A DNA stretch of 64,000 nucleotides from positions 64,792,001-64,856,000 of the forward strand of contig NC_087437.1 in NCBI RefSeq assembly GCF_036321535.1, in the 5' to 3' direction. Source of the stretch: Camelus dromedarius (Eukaryota). This document shows positions 1-15,450 of the stretch, piece by piece (positions within the stretch are counted from its first letter, which is position 1; the number at the start of each line of letters is the position of its first letter). The notes beneath the pieces were generated by a model that made no database searches, was not told where the DNA came from, and was given only the letters and a program-made list of their open reading frames with translations. Made by a program: the position numbers and the translations under genes.

Positions 1-641
1 TAGCTTCCCCTTTACTATAATGAACACTTTGTCAGTGACTCACTTCTGGAAGGAATCAGGTTCCCTTTGGGTTATGAATCTAAGGGTCTTCACCCCGAGG
101 GGTTCCCCTTTCTTACTCTGCCTAGTTTCTCTCTTCCAGTCTCCAGCTATTCCCTCTCTTCCCTCCCGCATCGCCCCACCTCCTCCACCTACTGTAATAC
201 TTTAGATAAAAGTACCCTCGATTGCAGTTATTTCTAAGAACTGTTTATCATTTAGGCTCAAATAGCCATTTAGGTACATTAGGCTCAATTCCTCTTCATC
301 ACAATAACAATGATGTACATCATTAAATACAGTCATAAAAACTTCCTTTCCTCTCCTGGCTTCTCAGTGACTTCAATCACCACCGAGAGCCCTTTCCTCT
401 GGTCAATTTCAGGTGGTGGCTGAGGCCTCTGGACAGGCTTTAGATGTGGGTCTCCAAAACCTAGAGAGGCTGAAAAGGAACCCTGGAGAAGCTGCCCCAA
501 TGTGTTTCCACTTTCTCGGACATAGCCAGTTCAATATCTGAGCAGGAGTGTGGGCCACCAAGGGAAGAAAGTCCTACCTTTGCCAGTAAAAGATCCTTGC
601 CTGAAGAAGTATCTGAACACTATGTAAGGCATTTGTTAGTG

Positions 642-830
642 CAGAGCTTCCTGACTTCTTTTCACATTGTGGCAAACAGAGAAGGCGGGGTGAATGGCAG
701 CAGCTGACCAGCCCTGCTGGGTGTGCTCTGACCACCCTAGACCCCACCTACCATCCCAAACCCAGAGAGGCTCAATATCTTAGCCCATCTGCAGCACTCC
801 TGGACGTCCTGCTCACCAGTTAGGAAGTTC
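642..830. mobile_element. Probable old hAT-type MITE
   Basis: Imperfect terminal inverted repeats gagcttcctgact ... agttaggaagttc about 190 bp apart. Confidence 0.5.
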
Positions 831-1735
831 CAAGTTATTGGACCATTTCTTCTGAAGCACAAAGCTTTTTTGCACTGAATGGAATTTCTTCTTGGTAATG
901 AAAGAGGGTTTAAAAATCTCTTGTTTTCCAGTTTTCTAGAGAGATTTAAAACTTAAGAAAACCATGTTGAAGAATTTGAGGGACTGCTTTTTTTAAAATA
1001 TATTTTTCTCCAATTAAAACAGTTAGTTTTCAATGTTGAGTGTTTTGAAATGAATTATTCCATAAATAGTTTCTATATCAAAAACAGAAAAGACACTGAT
1101 GTATGAAAGACCTGGGCCAACTTTGCTAAAGAGCAGGCATGAATTTTCTGATAAGAACTTTGATTTGGGGAGTTATAATACAAAAGTGATCCTTTTTTTT
1201 TTTCTATTATTGAAATAAGCTTCTTCTTGCTCTACTCTGGGAATCCATGAGGTAGGCAGTTAGATTAGATAATCCTGGAGATGTTGTTTTTAGAGATCTT
1301 CATTTGCAGACCCAGACAACAGGCTTCTCAATCTAGTTTTTGCAAATAAAAAATCCACTCAGGTCTTTTGTAAATTCATTCATTGTTGCTTACTTCTTGA
1401 TCTCTTTTGAAAAACTGGCCATAAAGGGTTTTAAAGATAAAAAATTACAAACAAATATATCCCCCATGGATATGTTTCTCTTAAAGAATGCATTTATAAT
1501 ATTTGTCCACTTTTTAAAAAGCAAACTAGAAAAGTGGGGGTAAATACCATTTCATTACCCCCCCACAAAAAACCCCCTTAAAAACATACAAAACTTTATT
1601 GTAAGAGGGGAGAGTTTCACGAATGATTCAGAAAACTTCTAACCACAGCTCGTTCTACTGGCCTGCTTGTTCCATCCACTTGGTGGCGTGAGTGGTATAA
1701 GAAATACAACAGGGCATCTGTCCCCACCCTGCAGG

Positions 1736-1905
1736 GTAGTGGTTCCCAGCTCTGCTGCACATCAGAATCACCTCAGGAGCTTTCCAAACTCCTGACTCCC
1801 AGGCTGCATCTCATATCAATTAAGCCAGGATCTCTAGGGGGTGGGAGGGTGAGACCCAGGCATCAATATTTTTAAAGCTCCCTGAATGCTCCAACATGCA
1901 GCCAT
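1736..1905. mobile_element. hAT MITE (MER5-like)
   Basis: tgctgcacatcagaatcacct...cccaggcatcaatatttttaaagctccc. Related copies at ~16975-17152, ~36443-36575, ~38430-38580 and ~63302-63455. Confidence 0.7.
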
Positions 1906-3051
1906 GACAGACAACATTTAGATACACTTACATTGGTTTGACTGATAATCATTATAGTCTTCTCAACACTTTTACCATTCAAGTTCAACTTAACCTTATC
2001 TTTCATCCAAACCACAGTGAACTAGAATCCTCCCCTTTGTGTTCTTTATTTATTGATGGCAATTACCTCTTATGTTTATTGGGCATGACAACTTACTTTA
2101 AGTATGAATTTAAAATATTATGCTGCCTAATATGCCAAATTTAAAAGACGCATATTTGCATCCTGCCCAACACATTTACTGCTGTGGGCTTTGTGAGATC
2201 ATTTTGGCACAAAGATTACAGAGCCAGGGCTTCCCCTTGGGAAACACCTTTAATTCCCTGAAGTAAGGATTCGGGAAATGATGACAAGACTTTCTCAGTT
2301 GCCACGTGTATAAAAACGGATAATGGCTATCACCAAGGAAACGGAGACATCTCAACATAGAAATGTGAATTTTTCAAAGATACTCTTACAGATTTTAAAT
2401 ATTAGACACTGAAAAAATAAAGTGTGATTTATAATTTAATTTAAAAATTGATATGCGATGCATCACAATTGAGCTGATTCTCCCATCCATGGGCATTTAG
2501 GTTGTTTCCAATTTTTCACTATTATAAAATGATGTCACAGATCTATAAATATTAACATGAGAAAAGATTTGCTCTATAAAAAATCAGGTTATAAAATGGC
2601 ATTTAGAGTTTGCTGTCTTTTTTTGGTGAAAAACATATGCAACTTTGAACGTGTTTATTAAAGCACTTGTTTCAGTGAATTGTGAGTATTTGAAAATGCA
2701 TCTATCTCCCCACGTAGGCTGAGTTCCTGCAGAGTAGAAACTGCTTATTCATACATGCTCTACGAGTATTTCTTATAGAATACAAGAATGAAACAGAGTA
2801 TTTTCAATTTCTACAATGTGCATGACAATGATTAAGTTCCTGTTTTGTGAGAAAATACACTCTGTTTTCGTCTGAGCTAAACTTTCAACCAGAGGGGAGA
2901 GAGGCAAAGACTTAAGGGAATAGGACTAAAGGCAGCTATTTTGGGTTTGAAGGTGGGCTTTACATTGTTTGGCCTCATTCCTCTTAGTAAGCAAGGGCAG
3001 AATAGCCATTTACTGAAGGGATGGAGTGGAAAATAAATAACTAAACTCTTA

Positions 3052-3738
<687 letters not shown>

Positions 3739-5562
3739 TCAAAGTCCTCTCTGTAAAATGGGGATAACACCTCAGAGGGTGGCTGTGAGTATGAGATAAT
3801 TATGCAAAGTTCTCAGCATGGTGCCTCGCAGAGTTAGGGAACAATGAGCAATGACAACAAGGACTGTGGTTAGTAGTAGAATGAATAATTTGTACCTGCC
3901 TCATCCTGCAAAGAATTTGAAGTAGCTGATGTGAGGTACTAAAATAGAAGTAATATCGAGATTTAAAAAGAAAAAAGACCGGGGAAAATATAAACAGGCT
4001 TTAATATGCAGGAGCCTAAAAATAACTTCAGATCTGCAGAGTCACAAATATAGACTATGGCATTCCTGAAGGCTGAAGGGGAAAAGGACATGAGTGATCT
4101 CATCTTTGTAAACAAACAAACATTATGCACAGGAAGGCTGTTCACAAACAGTGGTTGCTTCTGGATGGTAGAATGATGAACTTTAAAATTGTGTGCTTTT
4201 GGCTTATATATACTTCCTATTTAAAAAAATGAGCATTCATTGCTTTTCAAAGAATGCTATCTTAAATAAAAATCAAGCAAATTAACAAAGAGAAATAGGG
4301 TCAATGACGTAGTTTTCACTCTCCTAGGACTTGGCAGACAGTGAGAGCTTGATAAATGTTCTGAATCAGTGTATCAGTGCCCAAAGAAGAAAACCTAACC
4401 TAACCAGCCTGGAGGTCCTCGCGTGGGTTTCACTACTTCAACTCAATGACAAGAGGAGAGAAACACAATCTGTTACATTTCACTGTATGTCAGTTAGGTT
4501 CATGAAGGTTCTGGTCTAACTTTTAATGTGACATTTTCTCTTAGTCATTTCCTTCACATTTCCTGCTTTCATTTACTTATTTTTTTTAAACCTGCAAAGT
4601 CATTAAGACATATTACAGAATTTTTCATTATATAGAACATCTATACTGTTAAACTGATTTTCCTATCTTTCTTTAATATAATTAAAAATACGTATTATTT
4701 CAGGGCATGCTTCTAGCTTGATCTTAGGTATATACGTAGCACCTGCAGGGTACAATAAAGAGGATATTTATCCACATGGACTGTGAAGGATATAATCAGC
4801 ATCACTGAAATTCTACACTTAGCTTTTCTGCATTCATTAAAAAAATGTGAAAATCTTGTCTAACTTGTGAGCTCTCATTAGAATATGAGCAGAAATCCAG
4901 TTTTGTTGGAACAATCCTAGTTTTCTTTTTCACTTTCGAGCTCTCAGGAAGACCAAGGAAAAGTGCCGGCTCCTTTCTGGAAGGTGCAGCTCTCAAGAGA
5001 AAGTGCTCTTCTCTCTCAGAAGATGGGTCAAGCCCTGGGGTGCAGTAATGGTTTCTGACGTCCAGAATAAGGGAGGTGATAATGCAGCCCACTGGACTCT
5101 CAGAAGTCAGTTACTATTTGAAGGAATTGCACCTAGTTTTAGGTGTCAAATTCTAAAAGAGTCATGATAAATTAGGGAACATCAGATAGAGGGCATCCAG
5201 AATGGTGAGTGTCTGGAAATCAAGTCATTAAATAATTATTTTAAAAATCTGAGACTATTTGGCCTGGAAAAGAAATGATTCAAAGGGACATGTCAGCTGT
5301 CTTCAAATGGCTAAAGAGAGAGTCCAGTGAGAGAGTTAGCTGGATTGCGAGTTTCTCCATCTGTGTTAGATGGATTCTGTGTTAGCAGGGGGAGTTCAGC
5401 TTTCTGTAAGACTTTCTCATGGGAATGGTTCCAAAATGCTACGGGCTGCATTTCGAAGATGCCTGAGTCATGCTAACCATGGAAGTTTCTTTAAACTTTA
5501 AAATCTTTTAAAAAATAAGAATGAGGCAGCCAACAGTCAGCTATTATGACCATTAGAGAACT

Positions 5563-5740
5563 TAAGGTCAACAGGAGATTTTACTACTCAGGTTTGCAAG
5601 ACCTACAATAAATTTCCTTCTAGGTACTCGGTCTTCCATTTAGCAACACTATAAGGTCAACAGGAGATTTTATTACTCAGGTTTGCAAGACCTACAATAA
5701 ATTTCCTTCTAGGTACTCGGTCTTCCATTAAGCAACACTA
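5563..5740. repeat. Tandem duplication, 2 x 89 bp, in CASR intron 2
   Basis: 5563-5651 and 5652-5740 are identical except for two substitutions (tacta/tatta; catttag/cattaag). Confidence 0.97.
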
Positions 5741-6007
5741 CCTCCAGTGAACAGTGATGACTCAGTTATCAAGTGACTGATTCTATGCTCCAGCAGGCCA
5801 TGGATTTTCCTACTCTGTATCTCTGACATTTTATTTTTGGAAAATTTCTTTTAAAAAAATGAGAGGGGAATAATAGCTTCGGCATGATTACCAATCACCA
5901 TTTCTGAAAAGAGAGAACCAACTTCGGAAAAATTATCGTGGGTATGGTAACAGCTTTTCTCCAGCCACCCAGAGGAGGTGACTCTCCGAGGTGGCTCCCT
6001 TCCCCTA

Positions 6008-6433
<426 letters not shown>

Positions 6434-9299
6434 CTAGAAAAGAGAGAGACAAAATGAATTCAACTAAGCCTAAATCCCACATTGTTATAATGACTGCAAC
6501 CAAGGTGGCTCAGAATTTCCATTCAGAGAGGCTTAAGGGTGACAGGTGGGGAAGGCAAGGCTTAGCGTCTCATTTTTATAGCACTTCATGCAAGATAAAA
6601 AAAAACTTCATATTACACAAACACAAATCTTTGAAGGATGCAGATAAATCAAGGGTCAGATTAGGTTCTGCCAAGCTCTACAGCAGGATCTAGGGGACAG
6701 TCCTTCTGCTGTAGCATGATTATCCTAGTAGGAGCTCTCAGCTCTTCTCACTCTATACCCTCTCTCGTCCACTCTGTGGGGCAATTCCCAAATATATGTC
6801 AATGTTGGCTCAATGTACAGTTTCTCCTGAGGTTCAGGTTCAAGCACTGAACTGTCAACTGGACATCTCCACCTGGATGTCCCACAGGTGTTTCCACCTG
6901 GACAGACGCTGCACTCACCTTCCTCCCAAACTTGTTCCTCCTTTCCTGTTTTCTATCTCAACAAATGTCATGCCATCCACAAAGGCACCAGACAGAGTCC
7001 TCCCTGCCCTCTCTCTTTTCTCATCATTGCCCTTCATATTCAACCAGCCATCACATCCTGTAGACTCTACATGCTAAATCTCTTTGGAATCCATCCACTG
7101 CTTCCCATTTTCAAGGCCACCTTAAGTCCACCAGCATTTCTCATCTGGGTTTGTGCAACTATTTCCTAACTGGCCTTCCTGCCTCCAGTTGTGTCCCTTT
7201 GCAACCCACCTTTGAAAATCTTTGGATGCCATGGAACAAGTGGTTTGGAGCACAAGCTCTGGAGTTAAACCTGGCTTTGAATCATAGTTCCACTGTTTCC
7301 TAACATATGACTTTGGGAAAGTCACTTAACCTCTGATCTCAATAAAATAATGCACGGAGAGCCATTAGCACAGTGTAACTAGTAAACTCACAGAACATGC
7401 AAGCTGTAATGAATAACTTTCTAGTCTCACTCTTGCTGGGTTTCCCTTTGAACTCCACCCTCCAGCCACACTGAACTTCCTTTAGTTCCTTAAGTACAAG
7501 TTTTTTTTTTTTTAAATCCCCATATCTCACACATACCATTCCTCTTTCTGGATGATGCCTCTAGCCTAAACTTTGCCTAGAAAACATCTACCTGTCTTTC
7601 AGCTTTCAGTTGTCCATAACTGTGGGGTCATGGCTTGGTGGACTGTGGGGCCTTTGTGTGAATGGAGAAAAGAACTCCTGTGGGCCAGACACAGTCTTGT
7701 ACCAAGGTGTCCAACTTGGGAGTGGAATGCGGGCTGGATTTCTATCTTCACTGACCCCTCAGTTGTACAGTGAGCAATGTATAAGGAATCTTCAAGGAAG
7801 CCTTCCATGGACTCTCAGTTAAGGTAGGTCCACTGTTGTTGTCCTTTACATCTTGGATCTTGGAGTTCCCCTCTTGGAAGACTGATCACACTTTACTATA
7901 ATTAGATGCATAAATGTCTCATTCCAGACCCCAAGCTCCTAACCATTGTCATATACTGTCCCTTGTCCCTTAGGAACCTACCTCCTCCTCCAACAGTCAT
8001 TCTAGCAGAGGGTACTGGGCCCCAAATGGAAGGAGCACCCCATCAGATACTCAACAGTCACAGAATTGTCTCCAGTAATGTCTAAACATCCACGACCATC
8101 CAGATTCTCTGACCTCAGTCCTGCTCTTAGATTTTTGGCTTCATTTCTTGACCTTGGTCATGTATTCATTCATATATTTAATAAGTACATGTGCTAAGGA
8201 CTGGAAATATAAAGGCATCACATCACACACCTGCATGTTTCCTGCCCTCAGGAACTCCCTGTCCAGTGGGCAGGCACACTAGTGGAGAGGGTCAGAATCT
8301 ATGCCAACATTCAGAAGTAAGAAAAACATATAACTTTGTTCTCAATACCTAAATTCAACTTTGCTCCCCAGCACTTAGCACAGTGTCTGAAATAGTAACT
8401 GCTGAATAAATGTTTGTTGAATGAATGCATAAAAAAGAAAGTACTTTGGAAGGAGATAGAATCTAGCATTTATTGAACCAAGCATTGTGTCAGGTCCTTT
8501 AAACAGCCAATGTATTTTAAACTTCACAAGAGTAAAGAGGGCAATACCAACTCTACTTTCTAGATGGGAGAATGGACTCCTCATATATTCAGCTTACTCA
8601 AGTGAGAAATTCTGGCACTTGAATTACGAATGCCTCAAGAACTCAGAATTTTAAAGAGTCTCATGTAATGTACTGAATTAGGAGAGGGAACATTATAACT
8701 GGCTAGGGAAGTCACTGAGACCTGTTAAATTTTCCTGTGAAAGATTAACTACTTGGAGAAGTTTATTAACTTCATTAGTCCATTCAACAGAAAATTCATG
8801 GCAAGAAGTAATAGATGAAGGAGAGATTTCGGGTCAGTTTGCAGCAGTTAACTCCACGAGTCTAATGTAGTCTCCAAACCACCCTTTTTAGTCCAATTAC
8901 CAGGGTCTAATTTGCTTTCAAAGTTGAGAATCATTCTAGATCCTCCCACTCCCTTTCCTACCGCATCCAATTGCATTGTCTTGTTGACTCTACCACTTCT
9001 TTCCACCTCTGCCTTCCCCTTTCCATTCTTGTTGCCAGTGCCTTAGCCAGACTCCCATCACCCCCCAACGTCCTTGTTGCAAAAGCTTTCTTCTTTCTAC
9101 CTCACTCCTACCGCCTAGATCTCAACAATCACAGCAGTACCAAGCGCGATCATAGCAGTGGATTAACAATCGGCGTTCGTGACTGTGACTTCAGCTGGCA
9201 ATCACTAGAAGACAAAGTTTGTGAATAATCACTAATGTCTCAGTTGTAGGATCTACAGTAGAGACTTCTAATTGTATCCTTTGTACCATACTCCTTTAT

Positions 9300-9700
9300 G
9301 CCACAGTAAAATAGGTCTTAGCTGGACAAGTGGTTGTCCAAAATAAAGACTACTTTCTCCAACTTCCTATATAATTATGTGTGGTCTTAAGACTAAACTT
9401 TGGCCAATAGGGTGTAAGCTGAAGTGCCCTGGAGCAGCTTCTAGGAAACTCCTTAAGAGACAGTTGGTGTTTGTCCTCTGGCCCTTTGTCCCCTCTTCCT
9501 CTATCCTGTTGTATGCAGGTGGATGTGACAGCTGGAGCCCATCTTGAACCATGAGCTTTATCCCAGGGAATGACGGTGACTCGAGCTGAGGATTTCATGA
9601 AGCAGAACCTCAATATCAGACTGTTTCCGGATGTTCACATGACAGAGGAAAGAACGCTTCTAGTTTGTTTAAGCCACTGTTGCATTTTTTTCTTATGGCA
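9300..9700 (+). mobile_element. MaLR LTR (MLT1-like)
   Basis: MLT1-like strings actaaactttggccaat, gctggagcccatcttgaaccatgag and ttgtttaagccactgtt. Confidence 0.6.
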
Positions 9701-11912
9701 GCGATATTAACAGTATCTATCCAACAGTCACAAATAGACTCATTTGTTCTCCTTACTATAAGTTTATTTCATTTAAATCATACGTAATCATGTTTGCACT
9801 CCTGCAAAAAAGTATCGCAAATACAAGCTGAAGCTAGTATTTGTTCTTTATCTCAATGGCAGATATGTTTGGAAGAAGAAATGATCCGTGGACCAGCTGG
9901 TTTTGTATTTAGAAGGCCCTTGAAATCACGAGGAGAGTTTCAGTACTGATGGGTGATTGATCGCTGAGTTCCTCATCTGAGAGATGTGGGATGGGAAGTC
10001 AGAGCAGATCAGTCTATGGTTCCACAGGTCCATGAACTTATAAATTCAATTATTTATTCTTTCAAAAAAACATTGATTGAGCTCCTTTATGTGCTAGACA
10101 CTAGGGAGTGCAAGGTACTCAGAAAAGAAAGCTGAAGTCGTTGCCTTCAAGGTGCTCATCTTGCAAAAGAGACAGATGTATTATAGTTGAAAAGGATACA
10201 GCAGAACATATTTTAATTACAGTGATGCAAAGAAGAGGCATGAACTAAGTACTGAGAAAGTACAAAGGGAGGGGTGACATTCTTTCTGGTGACTGCCAGA
10301 GAGAGTTAATTTAAAGTGGGGACAGGAAGCTTCATGAGAGTAGGGCCTGTTTCTTTTCCTCACTGTAGCCTGGCATCAAGTACAGTGACTGGAACTTAGT
10401 AGCTGTGCCACATTTATTTGCTGAATGAATGAATGAAGCAGAAGAGTGAAAAACGGGTTGGTTGGGCAATTCTAGGACAGAAAAGGGAAGGAGTCACCCC
10501 ATAAGACCAAAGGTTCCTGAGAGCAAGGACTTCATCACAATCACAGTTGCATTCCCAGCATAGAACAAGGAACCTGGTAATGAACAGATGCTCAAAAAAA
10601 TATCTGTTGAATTTGCATTTGTCCAAAAAGTTGGATGGCTCATACAAGTTCAAGGGTCTAGGACAAACTAAAACAGGATAGCAAGGCAAGGTTTGGAGTC
10701 AACACAGCAACATTTTAATTTCCATCAACGTAAAATCCACTCTGGTTCTTGCCCCTTGGCTTTACCATTTTTGGAAATTGTGTAAGTCTGGAGTGGAGTG
10801 ATTGTGCTCACATTTCAACTCGAGAAAACAGGGACATAGACCTTCTGAAGATAAACCACTTAATAAATTAGAGACACAGCAAGCTCAGAAGGTACAATCT
10901 CTCAATTCCTAGGCTGCAGAAATTCTAGGTTGCCTACAAAAGGTGGTTAAAAAATGAAAACTGATTTCTAATAGAGACCGTTTATCTTTGTAGGTGAATA
11001 CACCGATTTGTCTCTGATTTACTGTACTGCAGGTTTTTGCCCTCTTTCATCACTCTGATCATAAAGAAAACGAACAGTAAGCCACCACTGCAGAAAGGTG
11101 AAACTTGTATGTTTTAATGAGGGTGAACAGGGAAAAACCTGAGAAAGTTCAACTAATAATCACAAAACCCATGTAGCTGGCGCTGGTTACGGCTTTCTTT
11201 ACCCCTTGCTGAGGACACAGCCACAATGTGGGTTTTTATATGCACCTGGTGCACATTTGCCAAAGACTTAGGGCTGTCTTATCTGTCATCACCAATGGAG
11301 CCATCCTCAGTTCCATGTCAGACTTCATTCCTTCCCTACTAAAGCAAGGGACATCTTCTTTAAGATGAGGGCCCTCTTTCAGCACTGGGGGAGCACAGCC
11401 TGCCGGGTCACACTCGGCTGCCTCCCTCCAGCCCTGCTTGCCACCCGCCCGCCCGCCCTCTGCACAGGGTCTTACCCTCCAGCTCCCTGACAACAGGTGT
11501 GACTTTTGGAGAGTCCATGCCTCATTTAGCTCTGGTAATGGCTTAATTGAGTCGGAAAAATGCAAGGACAGGAGCGTGATAAAAACCAGCTGAGCTGGGT
11601 TCCTGTTAGTCATTGGAAAAAGCTATCAGGGACGGGAGAAGAAAAGATGAACGAGGGTGGGGAGAAGCAGCACGGGGCGCCGAGCAAAGTCGGGGAAAGA
11701 GTGGAGACAAAGCAAATAAAGATAAAGAGGAGAGGAAATAAATGTTCATAAATGCTGTGCTGTGAGCTCCTCGATGCAGGTCTGGTCTGCTGCTTCTGTG
11801 GCCTGGAATACAGAGGGGCTCTGCAAATGACTGAATGACTACATGTGTGGAGTGCCCATGAGAAACTGTCAGGAAGCTTATGGAACTACTGCAAGAAGAA
11901 AGAAAATAACAA

Positions 11913-12057
11913 GGGTGGAGGGTTTAGCTCAGTGGTAGGGTGCCTGCTTAGCATGCACAAGGCCCTGGGTTCAATCCCCAGTACCTATTAAATGAATGAA
12001 TCTAATTACTTCCCCATACCCACCCCCCCCCCCCCCAAAAAAAAAGTAAAAAAAAAA
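11913..12057 (+). mobile_element. tRNA-derived SINE (camelid Vic-1-like)
   Basis: A box TAGCTCAGTGG, B box GGTTCAATCCC, then an AT-rich linker, C-run and A-rich tail. Confidence 0.85.
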
Positions 12058-13999
12058 TGACAGAAGAATTAAAAAGAACTAGAAGGGGAGGTGAGGGGGA
12101 GTGAAAATTCAAGGTTAAAAAATGACAAGAAATGCTCACTTCTCTGGTCCAGAGTCCTGTGAGTTGAAAGTGGATGCTGGCTTTGGGCTTTGACATCACC
12201 AACGCCGGCTGTTCCACAGCAGGACTGAGTGAGTTCCTGGGGACATGGGCCACGAATTACAAAATTTCTTGCCCCAAAACATTTCCCTTAAGTAAGCCCT
12301 GCTGATCAATGTGTGGACACCCACAGACTTAATGAAATGGTTCAGGTGAAAAGCAAAAACATGCAAGTGATGTTTTTATAAAGAAAAATGCCAGAGCTTC
12401 AAGTCCTACGTGAAATAGTTCTGTGGAATAACATCTCAGTATTGCCTTTCAAAACTGTGAGGAACCCTGACATCTGAAGTGGTATTTTTTAGTCCAGTGT
12501 CCCAAGACGTGCCACCACAAAGTGTCCTGGGGTAAAATAAGTTTGGGAATTGTGTACTCTGTGCCACAAGGGCACAGTCAACACCCAAAGGCTCTGAGAA
12601 GTCCTGCAGTGACGATAACTGCTCAACTTTAACTCACTTATTCCCAAATTCATTTCCGCCCGAGACCTCATCCCCACCCTCCCAACCCTAGAATACTTGT
12701 TATAATGCTGTGAAATACAGGCTTGGGAAGTGCTGATGTAGAGGAAAGCATAAAAGCCTTCACCTGAGACCTCTCCCAGTCTCTCTGGATGCATTTTTGA
12801 ATGCAGAGATGTGTCTGCCTCTCACTGGAATTAGCATTTTTTTTGTAACCCCAGCTATGAAATTCCAAAAGGTAGCACTGGAAAGAAGGAGGGACTGAGG
12901 TAGGGTAGGTGAACAAATGCTGATGCACACGGTCATCATTCTCTGGCCTCAGGCATATACTCCCTCCCTCTTCTCCTGGGGTAGTTTCTGCTGCGCTCCA
13001 CAAGCTTTCACACCGAGCCCTTCTCTCTCCTACTTGCAGCTCCTCTGGCCTCACACTGGGTCCCCCTAAAAGGACCACTGAAATATGCAATGCTTGGCTG
13101 ACAAACCAGCTCTCTGAAGGCAAAAACGAAAAAGAAACCCCCAAAACACCCTGATTTGTAGTGTTTACTGAATACTCCCACCACGGCTGATTTCAAGCTA
13201 CCAATGGTTTAACAACCAATTTGCAAAAATCCTTGGTATTTAACCATTGGCTCTTGTGAACCACTGGGATGCACCTCTAAGCTAATGGAATTACTGATCT
13301 TTGGAAAAACTGCACAAATTACTTTATAGGCCTTATGAATCTTCTATTTCCTCCTGTTTCCTTCTCTGCTCCAACTGTTAGGAAGCTGCAAGGCAAATTT
13401 GTGGCCCAGCTCCCAATTTCCTCACCATATTAAATCATAAACAGTGAGAGGGATATTAACACACAAACAAATGCTTAAATCTGGAGTTTTGCTGCAAGCA
13501 ATGAGAAGTATCGCCAGGTGAAACTGTGTGTAATTAGGAGGAAGGGGCACGGGAAAGTTGTTTTTGCCTCATTAACTTAGAGGGCAGATTTAAGAAGACT
13601 GGGACACCATGTCATTAGTCTAAAATACAGAATTTTGGAGATAGCAGGGACCTGGGAAGCTTACCTGGTCCACACTGAAACCTTCTGACACATCGATGTT
13701 TAGAACGTGGTGGCCAATTTTGTCATGTGTAGGAGCTGGAATTCAGAGCTCACTGAAAAACCTGTGAGGTTCAGTGATGGAAACGAAGGGAAATCATTTT
13801 CTTTTCTTTTTTTTTTGACTTGTCAGTGCACCCTAGTGTGCCTTAATATTATTTCAGGTCTTCAGAAGATTAAACTTACTTTCAATTATAGCCCGAAATC
13901 TATTATGGGAATTCTCGTAGTTTTAATTGGACCTCAAGGTGCGCAAAATTGGATTAATCATAATCCTTGGTTGTGACACATCCTCATTATTGGTCCACG

Positions 14000-15450
14000 C
14001 CTGGTCCCCTTTTATTTCTTTATTTTTATTTTTTTCTGTTCCTATATCTTTCCCACTTTTTTCATTAGAGTTTTGGACATTTTCCTCTTGAATTTTAAGA
14101 ATTCTTTATATATTATGGATTAGCCCTTAATCTGTGATAAATGCTGCAAATGTTTTCTTCTAATTTTGTAGCTCTTCTTTGACGTTCTTACTGTACAAAT
14201 TTTAAAAACATTTTTATGTAGTCAAATTTATGAATTATTTTTATTGCCATTGGATTTTCAGTCAGTGCTAGAAAGCTTTTCCTTACACTGAATTTGTAAA
14301 GGAATTCACCATATTTTTAAACTGGTTTATTAAATTTTCTACCTAATTTTGTTTTTTTATATTTAATTTCTTTTTCTGGGGGGGTCAGGTGATTTATTTC
14401 GTTTATCAACAACACGGGGTTACATTTAATTTCTTGATAAATGTGTGTGAGATATGGATCTAATTTTATCTTTTTTCCAAGTGGCTGCCTTGTGCCAGCA
14501 GCATTTATTAAAAAGCCCATCTTTGTTTCTATAATTTAAGATGCCACGTTTAGTATTTCCATATTTACTCAGACCTAGTTCAGAACTTTCCATTCTGTTC
14601 TACTGGTCTGTAGGTCTGTTCTGTGGCAGTAGTGCCCTGTCTTTACTAAGGAAATCTACAGTATGGTTTAATACCCGGTAGGACTAGCCCACCTATGTAG
14701 CTTTCATTTCTTAGTGTGTTCCCGGCTATTCCTGCAGGTTTGTTTTTCCTTATGAACTTCAGCATCAGCTTATCTAGCTCTATTAAAAAAAAAACTTGTA
14801 GATATTTTTATTGGGATTGTGTTATGTCTGTAGGATGATGAATTGTCCCATCCAAGAACAGGAATGCTTTTCCTTTTGTTCAAGTCTAATTTTGTGTTTC
14901 TCAAGAGTATTTTCTCTTTTAGGTTTTGCACATTTTTGTCAAGTTTATTCCTAAGTACTTAATCACCTTTGTCACTATTATAAATGGGACTTTCTTTACT
15001 ATTATGTCCTCTAGCCAGTTATTGTTTGTGTCTATGAAAGCTATTGACTTTTGTATGTTAATTATATATTCTGATGACTTACTGAGTTCTTTTATTATTT
15101 AAATTAGCTTTATTGTTCATTGATTCTCTAGTATTTTCTAGAAATCTTTCTTTTTTATTGAGCTATAATTGACATATAGCATTATATTAGTTTCAGGCAC
15201 ACAACATGATTCACCATTAGTATATACATGAAATGACAGCACACTAAGTTTAGTTAACATTCATCATCATACATAGTCACAAGCTTTGTGTGTGTGTGTG
15301 ATGAGAACTTTTAAGATCTACTTTCTTAGCAACTTTCAAATGTACAATACAGTATTATTAACTATAGTCACCATTCTGTACATTATATCCCCATGACTTA
15401 TTTTATAACTGGAAGATTGAAATTTTTGACCAATTTCACCCACTTTTATT
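14000..15450 (-). mobile_element. Old L1M body with an adjacent L1 3'-end fragment (~15148-15450)
   Basis: T-rich, with reverse L1 strings ccagcagcatttatt, tttattgggatt and tttattcctaagta, followed by an L1 3' tail (ttttattgagctataattgacatatagcattatattagtttcagg). Confidence 0.75.

Noticed and set aside
5563..5740. CRISPR-like repeat array
   Set aside because: Only two directly adjacent 89-bp copies with no spacers, in mammalian intronic DNA.
11913..11985. Possible tRNA gene
   Set aside because: A and B boxes are present, but it continues into a SINE tail and has a truncated sister copy with a TSD at ~41 kb.
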